Source: Chloroflexota bacterium
GTDB lineage: Bacteria; Chloroflexota; Limnocylindria; Limnocylindrales; CSP1-4
NCBI GenBank assembly: GCA_040752335.1
Contig: JBFMEV010000014.1
Location: 575 to 64,574, forward strand
Direction: 5' to 3'
Length of the DNA stretch: 64,000 bases
In this document: positions 26,992 through 36,488 of the stretch, in pieces
How the letters are laid out: every line of letters starts with the position of its first letter
How positions within the stretch are numbered: the stretch's first letter is position 1
Translations under genes and position numbers: made by a program
Notes under the pieces: model-generated
Told to the model about the DNA's origin: nothing
Seen by the model: only the letters and a program-made list of their open reading frames with translations
Database searches by the model: none

Positions 26992-27396
26992 TCAGCCGAC
27001 GCCGAGCTCCTCCAGCCGGTCGTCGTCGATGCCGAGGTGATGGGCGAGCTCGTGGATGACCGTGATCCGCACTTCCTCGGCAAGGTCGCGAGGATCCGGG
27101 TAATCCTCCTCGAGGGGCACCCGGAAGAGCGTGATCCGGTTCGGGACGATCGCCTGGTCGGCTGCCCACTCGGTCCGGGGCACGCCTTCGTACAGCCCGT
27201 ACAGGACGTCCTCCGGCTCGAGGTCGTTGTCCGCGAGCTGGTCGTCGGACGGCCAGTCCTCGATGACGACGGCGACCTCCGCCAGCGACTCGCGAAACGG
27301 CGACGGGATGGTGGCGAGGGCTCGATCGACGAGGCGCTCGAAGGCGCCGGCCCGTGGCGACGGTGAGCGGCGGCGACCGCGAATGCGCTTCGGCAT
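26992..27396 (-). CDS. Zincin-like metallopeptidase family protein
   Basis: LYGLYEGVP, RITLFR, HELAHHLGIDD; start set at ATG 27396, 7 nt after TACGAT. Confidence 0.9.
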   Translation of the reverse strand: MPKRIRGRRRSPSPRAGAFERLVDRALATIPSPFRESLAEVAVVIEDWPSDDQLADNDLEPEDVLYGLYEGVPRTEWAADQAIVPNRITLFRVPLEEDYPDPRDLAEEVRITVIHELAHHLGIDDDRLEELGVG

Positions 27397-27465
27397 CACG
27401 GCCATCGTAGCCTCGCAGCCAGGCTTCGGCGCGCGTCAGCGGGCGGTCCGCGTACGATGCCGCGG

Positions 27466-28587
27466 ATGAAGGTCGTCTACACCCCACGCCACCTCGGCCA
27501 CGACGTCACCCATGAGACGTACCTGGGCCAGCCCGTGCCGGCGAGCGAGGTCGCGGAGCGCGCCGAGCGGATCCGGACGGCCCTCCTGGCTGACGGTGGC
27601 TTCGAGCTCGTCGAGCCGGTCGAGCATGGCCCCGACCCGATCCTGGCCGTGCACGACCCCGGGCTTGTCCGGTTCCTCGAAGCGGCCTGGCCCCAGGCGC
27701 GGCGCGAGGCGATCAACCGGGCGTTCCTGGTTGCCGACACCTACCCGGTCCGCGCGATGTTCGAGGGCATGAGTGAGGCGGCCCTGGGTCGTCTCCGCGA
27801 GCCGCGGGCGATCGGCGGCCGGACCGGCTGGTGGGGCCTCGACTCGAGCAACCCAATCGTCCAGGGCACCTACGACGCTGCCCGCTGGGCCGTCGACGTC
27901 GCGCTCACCACCGTGGACCTCGTCCTCGATCGGGGCGAGACGGCCGCCTACGGCCTGTGCCGGCCGCCCGGCCACCACGCCGCCCGGTCGATGGCCGGTG
28001 GCTACTGCTTCTTCAACAACGCGGCGATCGCCGCGGAGTCGATCACCGGGCGGACCGGGGAGCCGGTCGCGATCCTGGATGTCGACTTCCACCATGGCAA
28101 CGGCACCCAGCAGATCTTCTGGCGCCGCGGCGAGGTCTTGTACGCCTCGATCCACGCCGATCCGGCCGACATCTACCCGTTCTTCCTGGGCCACGCGGAC
28201 GAAGTCGGCGAGGGCCCCGGGGATGGTGCGAACTTCAACCAGCCGCTGGCCGCCGGCACGGGCGACGACGCCTACCTCGATGCCGTCGACCGGGCGCTCG
28301 ACGCCATCGCCGGGACCGGCGGGTCGGTCGTCGTCGTCTCGCTCGGCTTCGACACCTTCGGCCAGGATCCGATCGGGACCTTCGCCCTGACCACGGCGGC
28401 GTACCACGAGATCGGGCGGCGGGTGGCGGCGCTCGGGCGGCGCCTCGTCATCCTTCAGGAGGGCGGCTACCACCGCCCGTCGCTCGGCGAGAACGCCCGG
28501 GCCTGGCTCCGTGGCGCCGAGGGGCGAGACTATGACCCGATCCCCGCCGGGGGCTTCGGGCCGCGAGGTGCGAGGATGCCCGCATGA
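27466..28587 (+). CDS. Histone deacetylase family protein (acetylpolyamine amidohydrolase-like)
   Basis: [39 protein letters not shown]. Confidence 0.93.
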   Translation: MKVVYTPRHLGHDVTHETYLGQPVPASEVAERAERIRTALLADGGFELVEPVEHGPDPILAVHDPGLVRFLEAAWPQARREAINRAFLVADTYPVRAMFEGMSEAALGRLREPRAIGGRTGWWGLDSSNPIVQGTYDAARWAVDVALTTVDLVLDRGETAAYGLCRPPGHHAARSMAGGYCFFNNAAIAAESITGRTGEPVAILDVDFHHGNGTQQIFWRRGEVLYASIHADPADIYPFFLGHADEVGEGPGDGANFNQPLAAGTGDDAYLDAVDRALDAIAGTGGSVVVVSLGFDTFGQDPIGTFALTTAAYHEIGRRVAALGRRLVILQEGGYHRPSLGENARAWLRGAEGRDYDPIPAGGFGPRGARMPA

Positions 28588-29297
28588 CGGATCGCCTGCC
28601 CGAGCTGCCCGAGCACGTGCGGATGCTCGTCGCCGAGATCGAGACCGAGATCGGCGAATCGGAGGAAGCGGCCCTGGCCGCGCCGATCGAGGGCTCGCGC
28701 CTCCGTGGCCCGAACGGCGTTGGGTCTCGCAACGGCCGCGTCGAGGAGGCCGTTCGGGACATCCTCGTCGAGATCGGCGAGGACCCCGACCGCCAGGGCC
28801 TCGTCGGGACGCCCGACCGCGTCCACCGGATGTACGCCGAGCTGACCGCCGGCTACCACGTGGATCCCGAGCGGCTCCTGAACGGCGCGATCTACGACGT
28901 CGCCTACTCGGAGATGGTCCTGGTTCGAGACATCCCGTTCTACTCGCTCTGCGAGCATCACCTCCTGCCGTTCTTCGGCACGGCCTCCGTCGCCTACATC
29001 CCGCGAGGCCGGGTCGTGGGCCTGTCGAAGATCCCCCGGATCGTCGAGATGTACGCCCGGCGGCTCCAGGTCCAGGAGCGGCTGACCCAGCAGATCGCGG
29101 ACTTCCTCAACGAGCGCCTCGAGCCCCAGGGCGTCGGCGTCGTCATCGAGGCCAACCACCTCTGCGCGGTCATGCGCGGCATCCGGAAGCCCGGCACGGT
29201 CATGACGACCTCGGCCGTCCTGGGCCTCTTCCGCACCCGCGACCGCACCCGGGCCGAGTTCCTCAGCCACCTCCAGCGGCCGACCCCGGGCGGTTAG
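28584..29297 (+). CDS. folE: GTP cyclohydrolase I
   Basis: [43 protein letters not shown]. Confidence 0.96.
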   Translation: MTDRLPELPEHVRMLVAEIETEIGESEEAALAAPIEGSRLRGPNGVGSRNGRVEEAVRDILVEIGEDPDRQGLVGTPDRVHRMYAELTAGYHVDPERLLNGAIYDVAYSEMVLVRDIPFYSLCEHHLLPFFGTASVAYIPRGRVVGLSKIPRIVEMYARRLQVQERLTQQIADFLNERLEPQGVGVVIEANHLCAVMRGIRKPGTVMTTSAVLGLFRTRDRTRAEFLSHLQRPTPGG

Positions 29298-29361
29298 CTC
29301 CGGCCCGACCCGCTCGTGCCCGCCCGCACCCGTCGCCGTCGGCCCCCGCTACTGCTCCACC

Positions 29362-29509
29362 GGCGCGAATCGCCGCCAAACGTCGAACGAGCCGACCGCG
29401 CGGCGCCGCTCCGCCATCGAATGGCGTCCTGGACCGCCAATCGACGCCGGACCTGACATCTCTGCCTCGAGCGGCGCCCGATCTTCGTCGTTTGGCCGCG
29501 ACCAGCGCC
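29362..29509. repeat. About 150-nt imperfect palindrome upstream of the HTH-nuclease gene
   Basis: Outer arms 29362-29387 / 29484-29509 (21/26 complementary); inner arms 29402-29411 / 29469-29478 (10/10). Confidence 0.75.
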
Positions 29510-29579
29510 AGGTGCCCGGTGAGCCCGCCGGGAAGAGCCAGGTGAGCGGGCGATACGTGGCCGACGCTAGCCTGAGGCC

Positions 29580-30230
29580 ATGCCAGTCCATGATGCGGCG
29601 GCCGACCGCGGTGCTCGGCGCAGCCGCTCCCTGCGCACACGCCTCGCCGCCGACCTCGAGGCAGCGCGCATCGCCGCCGGCCTGAGCTACCGGGAGCTCG
29701 GGCGCGGATCGGGAATCGATCGTGAACGGGTCACCCTCGCACTCCGCGGGGACCCGCATGCTCTCACCATCGATGTCGCGGCGCGGATCGCGCCGGTCGT
29801 GGGCCTGGAACTGGGAGCGTCGCTCCACCCCGATGGCGATCCGGTCCGCGACCGGGCGCACCTCGCCCTGATCCGGCGGTTCCGCGTCAGGCTCGGACCG
29901 GGGCTCGCCTGGATCTCCGAGGTCCCCGTCCCCATCGCCGGGGACCGCCGCAGCGCGGATGGCGTGATCGAGGGCCCGAATGTGGAGATCTACGTCGAGG
30001 CAGAGACCCGCCTCGGCGACGTCCAGGCGCTCGAGCGGTCGATCGCCGGCAAGCAGCGCGACCTCGGGATCGCGCGCGTGATCCTGCTCGGGGCCGACAC
30101 CCGTCACAATCGTGACGTGATCGCCCGCGTGCCAGAGGTCGTGGCGCGGTTTCCGATCGGGACGCGCGCCGCGATGGCCGCGCTATCGCGGGGCCGAGCC
30201 CCGGCTGGCGACGCGCTGGTGGTCATCTGA
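29580..30230 (+). CDS. XRE-like HTH protein with putative PD-(D/E)XK-like C-terminal domain
   Basis: ARIAAGLSYRELGRGSGI (HTH); SEVP..RSADG..IYVEAET..QALER..KQ resembles a restriction-endonuclease fold; TAGCCT 6 nt before ATG. Confidence 0.7.
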   Translation: MPVHDAAADRGARRSRSLRTRLAADLEAARIAAGLSYRELGRGSGIDRERVTLALRGDPHALTIDVAARIAPVVGLELGASLHPDGDPVRDRAHLALIRRFRVRLGPGLAWISEVPVPIAGDRRSADGVIEGPNVEIYVEAETRLGDVQALERSIAGKQRDLGIARVILLGADTRHNRDVIARVPEVVARFPIGTRAAMAALSRGRAPAGDALVVI

Positions 30231-30260
30231 TCGGGAGACGTCCAACGCCGCGGGGTTGGG

Positions 30261-30803
30261 CTACTCAGGGTCCTCCCGGAGCCTGGCGTACAGGACGAGG
30301 TCGTGCCAGGCGCCCGCCCGCCACTGGGCGCTGCGATTGATGCCCTCGCGGGTGAAGCCGGCCTTCTCGAGGGCCCGCTGCTCGGCGACGTTCTCGACGT
30401 CGGTCGAGGCCTCGACCCGGTGGGCGGGCGTGGTCTCGAAGAGGTACCCGGCGATGAGCCGCTGGGCCTCGGTCCCGTACCCCTGGCCGCGAGCCGCGGG
30501 GAGGAGATCGATGCCGAACATCCAGGCGTCCGATTCGGGGTTCGGGCCGTAGCGCACCCGGTGCCAGCCGATCGTGCCGATCACAGCTCCGTCCTCGAGT
30601 CGCTCCACGAGGAGCAGCCCGTTGTGGTCATTCCGGAGGGGGCCGCGGGCGAGGGCCTCCCGGTCGACCGCCTCGAACGGCATTCCGAAATCGTTGAAGC
30701 CACCGTCCGACTTCTGCAGGCGCTGCAGCTCGTCGATCGCGTCGGCGTCGTCGAGGGTCGCGTCGCGGAGCCTGACGCGCGGCCCCGAGAGGGTTTCGTT
30801 CAC
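30261..30803 (-). CDS. RimJ/RimL-type GNAT acetyltransferase
   Basis: [27 protein letters not shown]. Confidence 0.9.
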   Translation of the reverse strand: MNETLSGPRVRLRDATLDDADAIDELQRLQKSDGGFNDFGMPFEAVDREALARGPLRNDHNGLLLVERLEDGAVIGTIGWHRVRYGPNPESDAWMFGIDLLPAARGQGYGTEAQRLIAGYLFETTPAHRVEASTDVENVAEQRALEKAGFTREGINRSAQWRAGAWHDLVLYARLREDPE

Positions 30804-30826
30804 GTCGCGAAGCCTACAATCGCGGG

Positions 30827-31231
30827 ATGACCGATCGTCCGCTCAAGGTCCTCATCGCGAAGCCCGGGCTCGATGGCCACGACCGCGGGGCCAAGGTCCT
30901 CGCCAGGGGCCTCCGCGACGAGGGCTTCGAGGTCGTGTACACGGGCCTTCGCCAGACGCCCGAGATGGTCGCCACGGCGGCGCTCCAGGAGGACGTCGAC
31001 GTCGTGGGACTGTCGATCCTCTCGGGTGCCCACATGACCCTCGTGCCGCGAGTGACGAAGCTCCTCCGGGAGGAGGGCCTGAACGACGTGCTCGTCGTCG
31101 TCGGCGGGATCATCCCCGACGACGACGCCGACGAGCTCCGCGCCGCCGGCGTGGCCGGGATCTTCGGTCCCGGGACGACGATCGCCGAGGTCGCGGACTT
31201 CCTCCGCGCGAACGCGTCGCCGCGCGGCTGA
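30827..31231 (+). CDS. icmB: Cobalamin-binding small subunit of acyl-CoA mutase
   Basis: [13 protein letters not shown] (DxHxxG), [21 protein letters not shown]; could equally be annotated as an MCM C-terminal subunit. Confidence 0.9.
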   Translation: MTDRPLKVLIAKPGLDGHDRGAKVLARGLRDEGFEVVYTGLRQTPEMVATAALQEDVDVVGLSILSGAHMTLVPRVTKLLREEGLNDVLVVVGGIIPDDDADELRAAGVAGIFGPGTTIAEVADFLRANASPRG

Positions 31232-31232
31232 G

Positions 31233-32315
31233 GTGGCGGAGGAATCGCTGCCGCCCGAGGTCGTGGCGCGCGCAGCCGAGCTGACAGGCACCGCCCTGGA
31301 GGGCGACCGCCGCTCATTGGCCCGCCTCCTGACGGCCGTCGAGAACCGCACCCCGCTGGCCGAGGCGGCCCTCCGGACGCTCTATCCGCGTGCCGGCAAG
31401 GCCCATCTCGTCGGGGTTACCGGACCGCCGGGTGCCGGCAAGTCCACCCTCGTGTCGGCGCTCATCGCCGAGCTCCGGTCCCGAGGCCGGTCCGTGGGGG
31501 TCGTGGCCGTGGACCCGTCCAGCCCGATCACCGGCGGGGCCCTCCTCGGCGACCGCGTCCGGATGCAGAGCTACGCCTCGGACCGCGACGTCTTCATCCG
31601 CTCGATGGCGGCCCGTGGCCACGCCGGAGGCCTGGCCTCGACATCGGCGGCCGCCGCCGCGGTCATGGATGCCTGTGGCTTCGATGTCGTCCTGCTCGAG
31701 ACCGTCGGAACCGGCCAGAGCGAGGTCGAGGTCGCGGCCGCGGCCGACACGACCGTCGTCCTCGAAGCGCCAGAGATGGGCGACGAGGTCCAGGCGATCA
31801 AAGCCGGCCTCCTCGAGGTCGCCGACATCGTCGTCGTCAACAAGGGTGATCGACCCGGCGCGCAGCGGACGGCGAGCCAGCTCCGGGCGATGCTCGTCGC
31901 GGTGGCCCGCGTCGGGACCCCGGATCGTGGCCACCACGGGGCAGCGGCCTCCGCCGCCGGCGACCCCGAATCGCAGCCGCCGTCCGCCGCCGGCGCCGGG
32001 GCTCCCGCCGCCCGACCTCGTCCCAAGCAGCCCGAGATCATCGTCACGACGGCGACGACCGGCGAGGGCATCCCCGAGCTCCTTGCCCTGCTCGATCGCC
32101 ACCGCGCGGCCGGTCGGGACGGCGGCGCCACGTCCGCGGCAAGGCTTGCCCGGGCCGAGGCCCAGGTCTGGGCCATCCTCGCCGACCGAACCCGGGCGGA
32201 GCTGGTGGCGCCCGATCGTCGGGCGACCACAGACGCGATTCTGCGGGCCGTCGCCGACCATGACCTCGACCCGTTCACCGCCGTCGACCGTCTGCTCGGG
32301 AGCCTCCAAGGATGA
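31233..32315 (+). CDS. meaB: Mutase-associated G-protein chaperone
   Basis: GVTGPPGAGKST, VDPSSPITGGALLGDRVRM, ETVGTGQSE, QAIKAG, VNKGD. Confidence 0.95.
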   Translation: MAEESLPPEVVARAAELTGTALEGDRRSLARLLTAVENRTPLAEAALRTLYPRAGKAHLVGVTGPPGAGKSTLVSALIAELRSRGRSVGVVAVDPSSPITGGALLGDRVRMQSYASDRDVFIRSMAARGHAGGLASTSAAAAAVMDACGFDVVLLETVGTGQSEVEVAAAADTTVVLEAPEMGDEVQAIKAGLLEVADIVVVNKGDRPGAQRTASQLRAMLVAVARVGTPDRGHHGAAASAAGDPESQPPSAAGAGAPAARPRPKQPEIIVTTATTGEGIPELLALLDRHRAAGRDGGATSAARLARAEAQVWAILADRTRAELVAPDRRATTDAILRAVADHDLDPFTAVDRLLGSLQG

Positions 32316-33505
32316 CCGCCCGGGTGGGGGAGGGCCGCGACCCGCGGCTCCTGACGCCGGCGTTCCTGGGGATCGCGGTCTCCGTCCTGGCGTTCTTCGT
32401 CGCCAGCGGGATGTTCCTGCCGGCAACGCCGCGGTTCACCGCCGGTCCGCTCCGCGGCGACGATCTCGCGGTCGGCCTCGTCGTGGGCTCGTTCAGCGTC
32501 TCGTCGCTGCTGCTCCGGCCATTCGCCGGGCGGTGGGCCGACCAGCGCGGCCGCCGGATCATGCTCATCGTGGGGGCGGCGCTCCAGGTGATCGCCGCGG
32601 CCGGTCACCTCGTCGCCGACACCGTCCCGCTGCTCATCGCGATGCGGCTGCTCCTCGGCGCAGCCGAGGCGGTGTTCTTCGTCGGCGGCATGGCCGCGGC
32701 CACGGACCTCGCCCCCGAGCATCGCCGCGGCGAGGCCATCAGCCTCATCTCGACGTCGCTCTACCTCGGGGTCGCGATCGGGCCGGTGCTCGCCGAGTGG
32801 CTGCTGGGTGCGGCGGGCTACGCCGGAATCTGGATTGGGGCGACCCTGATCAGTGCCGCGGCCGTGGCCATCAGCTGGGTCGCGCCCGAGACCCTCCCGG
32901 CGGCGGAGCGAAGGCCGCCGGACGTGGCCATCAGCCTGCTCCACCGGCGCGGCATCGTGCCGGGGCTCCTGGTCCTGTGCGGGGCCTGGGGGATGGGCGC
33001 CTATTTCGCCTTCCTGCCGCTGCTGGGCGAGGACCTTGGGCTTGATGGGGTCGGCGGCTACCTGGCCGCGTTCGCCCTCGTGGTCATCGGCCTCCGGATC
33101 GTCTTCGCCCGGCTTCCGGACCAGCTCGGCCCGGCGCGGCTCTCCGGGACCGCCCTCGTCCTGAACGCCACGGGCATGGCGATCGCCGGCGTCTTCCCGG
33201 GCGAGCTCGGGCTGTGGCTTGCGACGATCGTGTTCGGGGCGGGCGTGGCCTTCACCTTCCCGGCGATCGTGGCCCTCTCGGTCGTGGGCGTCCCGGCCGA
33301 CGAGCGTGGGGCCGTCGTCGGGACGACGAGCCTGTTCATCGACGTCGCCTTCGGCCTGTCGCCGGCCCTCCTCGGCCTGCTCGCCGGGCCGGCCGGCTAC
33401 CCCGCGACGTTCCTCGTCTCGAGCGTGGTGGCGGCTGCCGGAGCGACGTGGCTGCTCCTCCCGGGCCGAGCGTGGGCCCGCTCGAGGGCGCTGCCGGCGG
33501 GGTAG
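32312..33505 (+). CDS. MFS transporter
   Basis: GRWADQRGRR motif A; about 12 hydrophobic segments. Confidence 0.92.
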   Translation: MTARVGEGRDPRLLTPAFLGIAVSVLAFFVASGMFLPATPRFTAGPLRGDDLAVGLVVGSFSVSSLLLRPFAGRWADQRGRRIMLIVGAALQVIAAAGHLVADTVPLLIAMRLLLGAAEAVFFVGGMAAATDLAPEHRRGEAISLISTSLYLGVAIGPVLAEWLLGAAGYAGIWIGATLISAAAVAISWVAPETLPAAERRPPDVAISLLHRRGIVPGLLVLCGAWGMGAYFAFLPLLGEDLGLDGVGGYLAAFALVVIGLRIVFARLPDQLGPARLSGTALVLNATGMAIAGVFPGELGLWLATIVFGAGVAFTFPAIVALSVVGVPADERGAVVGTTSLFIDVAFGLSPALLGLLAGPAGYPATFLVSSVVAAAGATWLLLPGRAWARSRALPAG

Positions 33506-33525
33506 GGCCGGCGTACCCTGTCGAT

Positions 33526-34389
33526 ATGTCGATCGAGCGCGTCTTCGTCGCCGGCGCCGGGCTCATGGGCCACGGCATCGGCCAGGTCCATGCTGCGATC
33601 GGGAAGCAGGTCACGCTCTACGAACCCGATCTGGCCCGGGCCGAGGCTGGCCGGGCCCGCATCGCCGGCAACCTCGACCGGGCCGTTGCCAAGGGCAGGC
33701 TCGACGAGGCGGCGCGTGACGAGATCCTTGGCCGCATCGCCGTGACGTCGGACCTCGATGCCGTGCACGACGCCGACCTCGTCGTCGAGGCGGTCTTCGA
33801 GGACGTCGACGTCAAGCAGACGCTCTGGCGCGAGCTCGACGTCCGCGCCCCATCGAGCGCGATCTTTGCCTCGAACACAAGCTCGATCTCGATCGATCGC
33901 CTCGCCGCGGCCGTCTCGGGCGCCAGGGACCAGCGATTCGTCGGGATGCACTTCTTCAGCCCCGTGCCGGTCATGCCGCTTGTCGAGCTCATCCGCGGCG
34001 CCGCGACGACCGACGAGACAGAGGCGTCCATCCGCGAGCTCACCACCGCCCTCGGCAAGCAGCTCATCGTGTCGGCCGACCGGCCGGGCTTCATCGTCAA
34101 CCGGATCCTCATGCCCCTGCTGGCCGAGGCGATGCGGACGCTCGAGGAAGGGACCGGCACGGCCGATGACATCGACACGGGGGCGAAGGTGGGCCTGAAC
34201 CACCCGATGGGCCCGCTGGAGCTGGCCGATTTCATCGGGCTCGACGTCTGTCTCAACGTCATGAAGGTCCTCCACGAAGGGCTCGGCGGCGAACACTTCC
34301 GGCCGCCGAAGGTCCTCGAAGACCTCGTCGCCGCCGGTCACCTCGGCCAGAAGACGGGGCGAGGCTTCCACACCTACCCGCGGGGGTGA
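33526..34389 (+). CDS. hbd: 3-hydroxybutyryl-CoA / 3-hydroxyacyl-CoA dehydrogenase
   Basis: GAGLMGHGI, VVEAVFE, ASNTSS, GMHFFSP, GFIVNRIL, HPMGPLELADFIGLD. Confidence 0.93.
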   Translation: MSIERVFVAGAGLMGHGIGQVHAAIGKQVTLYEPDLARAEAGRARIAGNLDRAVAKGRLDEAARDEILGRIAVTSDLDAVHDADLVVEAVFEDVDVKQTLWRELDVRAPSSAIFASNTSSISIDRLAAAVSGARDQRFVGMHFFSPVPVMPLVELIRGAATTDETEASIRELTTALGKQLIVSADRPGFIVNRILMPLLAEAMRTLEEGTGTADDIDTGAKVGLNHPMGPLELADFIGLDVCLNVMKVLHEGLGGEHFRPPKVLEDLVAAGHLGQKTGRGFHTYPRG

Positions 34390-34563
34390 CCAGGCCGCGG
34401 CGTGCTGACCGGCACCGGTGCGTCGCCGGCCGACGCACACCGGTACGGGCCCGCCGCGGGGCGGGCCCGCCGCACCGCCGCCGGTAACGCTCGACCGCTC
34501 CGGGCGTCCTCTCGATCGATGACCGCCGACCCCTGGCGGTCGACGGAAGGGAGCACAGGCTCG

Positions 34564-35019
34564 ATGCGTGCGAAGCGACTTCTCCTGATCGGTGGCGCCG
34601 CGGTCATGGCCCTGGCGATCGTCGCCCCGGCCCTCGCCAGCACCCCCGGTGAGCGGGTCACGACGATCCAGCTGACGTTCGACGTCTCAACCGGGAACGA
34701 GACGTTCACCTCGAGCGGCCCCGGCTTCTGCCGGTCCGGACTGACGGTCGACGCGAACATCCTCTACTTCGAGGCGGACGAGGAGTTCAAGATCCTCATG
34801 ACGAAGGTCTTCCGATGCGACGATGGCTCGGGTGACCTCGCGATCGAGCTCAGCGCCGGCGAGCCGCTCGGCAGCCAGACCCGGTCGGGCGGCTGGATCG
34901 TGACCGGCGGGACCGGCGACTACGCCACCGCCGTCGGCGGCGGCACCCTGAGCGCGAAGGGCCGCTACCCGTTCGATCTCGTCGGTGCCGACACGATGAC
35001 GGGCGTCATCGTTCGCTAG
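34564..35019 (+). CDS. Putative secreted beta-rich protein
   Basis: Signal peptide MRAKRLLLIGGAAVMALAIVAPALA; two Cys; GGTGDYA motif. Confidence 0.7.
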   Translation: MRAKRLLLIGGAAVMALAIVAPALASTPGERVTTIQLTFDVSTGNETFTSSGPGFCRSGLTVDANILYFEADEEFKILMTKVFRCDDGSGDLAIELSAGEPLGSQTRSGGWIVTGGTGDYATAVGGGTLSAKGRYPFDLVGADTMTGVIVR

Positions 35020-35096
35020 TCCCCGGCCGACCGGCGCGGGTCGGGACGGCCGTTCCGACCCGCGTATCCTGCCGTCATGAACTGGACCTTCGGCGC

Positions 35097-36314
35097 GTGA
35101 CGGCCGTCGCCGATCCCGCCGGCGCCGGCGGCCTGACCGCCGAGGAGCGGCTGCTCCGGGACACCGCCCGCGAGTTCGCGGCCCGCGTGCTGGCCCCGAC
35201 GGCGGCCGAGCGCGACGAGGCCGAGCGCTTCGATCGCTCGATCTTCACCAGGATGGGAGAGCTTGGGCTGACCGGGGCGCCGCTCCCGGAATCCGTGGGT
35301 GGCGCCGGATTCAGCTACCTCGGCTGGACGCTGGTCATGGAGGAGCTCGGTGCTGCCGACATGGCCTCCGCGGTCACGCTCTCCGTCCACGTCCTGAGCC
35401 AGTACCCGGTCGTGACGTTCGGGACGGCGGCCCAGCACGAGGACTGGCTGGAACCGATGATCGCGGGCGAGGCGCTCGGGGCGTTCTGCCTGACGGAGCC
35501 CCACGCCGGGTCGGACGCAGCAGCGCTGCGGACCCGGGCGGCCAGGATCGACGAGGCGGGCGAGGAGCTCCCGGCCGACGCGCCGGCCGATGCCGTCGCC
35601 GAGTACCACCTCCACGGCACGAAGATCTGGATCTCGAACGCGCCCGAGGCCGACCGCTACCTCGTCTTCGCGACGATCGATCCTGCGAAGGGGCCCAAGG
35701 GCATCACCGCGTTCCTCGTCGAGAAGGGCACGCCCGGTTTCCGGTTCGGGGCCCACGAGAGGAAGATGGGCATCCGGGCCTGCCCGGCGGCCGAGCTGAT
35801 CTTCGACGGCGCGGTGGTCCCGGCGGCCCGACGCCTTGGCGACGAGGGCGGCGGGTATCGGATCGCGCTCTCGGCCCTGGCCGAGGGCCGGATCTCGATC
35901 GCCGCCGCCTGCGTGGGCATCGCCCGCTCGGCGCTCGAGCAAGCGGCGGCCTACCTCCACCAGCGGACGGCCTTCGGCGCGCCGCTGGCCGAGCTCCAGG
36001 GACTCCGGTTCATGGTCGCCGAGATGGCCCGCGAGGTGGCCGCGGCGCGGGCCCTGACCCAAGAGGCGGCAAGGGCCAGGGATCGCGGCGAGCCGATCGG
36101 GGAGCTGTCGTCGCTGGCCAAGTGGACCGCGTCGGACGCGGCGATGCGGGTCGCCACGGACGCGGTCCAGCTGTTCGGCGGCTCCGGTTACTCGCGCGAG
36201 ACGGGCATCGAGCGCCTCATGCGCGACGCCAAGGGGGCCCAGATCTACGAAGGCACGAACCAGATCCACCGCGAGATCGTGGCCGGCGAGGTGCTGAGGC
36301 GCGCCAAGGGCTGA
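35097..36314 (+). CDS. Acyl-CoA dehydrogenase (butyryl-CoA dehydrogenase-like)
   Basis: FCLTEPHAGSDA, GTKIWISN, KMGIRA, VQLFGGSGYSRE, RDAKGAQIYEGTNQ. Confidence 0.95.
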   Translation: MTAVADPAGAGGLTAEERLLRDTAREFAARVLAPTAAERDEAERFDRSIFTRMGELGLTGAPLPESVGGAGFSYLGWTLVMEELGAADMASAVTLSVHVLSQYPVVTFGTAAQHEDWLEPMIAGEALGAFCLTEPHAGSDAAALRTRAARIDEAGEELPADAPADAVAEYHLHGTKIWISNAPEADRYLVFATIDPAKGPKGITAFLVEKGTPGFRFGAHERKMGIRACPAAELIFDGAVVPAARRLGDEGGGYRIALSALAEGRISIAAACVGIARSALEQAAAYLHQRTAFGAPLAELQGLRFMVAEMAREVAAARALTQEAARARDRGEPIGELSSLAKWTASDAAMRVATDAVQLFGGSGYSRETGIERLMRDAKGAQIYEGTNQIHREIVAGEVLRRAKG

Positions 36315-36488
36315 GGAAACGGCGGCGGCCGGCCCGGCGCCGGCAGAGCCGACACCCTGACGGGCTGAACGGCCCGAACCTACGGGCGGAACGTCCCTCG
36401 GTGGGCGGGCCACGGACCCGCTAGCGTTCGGGCGGGCATGTGGCTGCTTGAGCCAGCGTCCCGTCACGCTCACGGAGGTTTGGATTCC

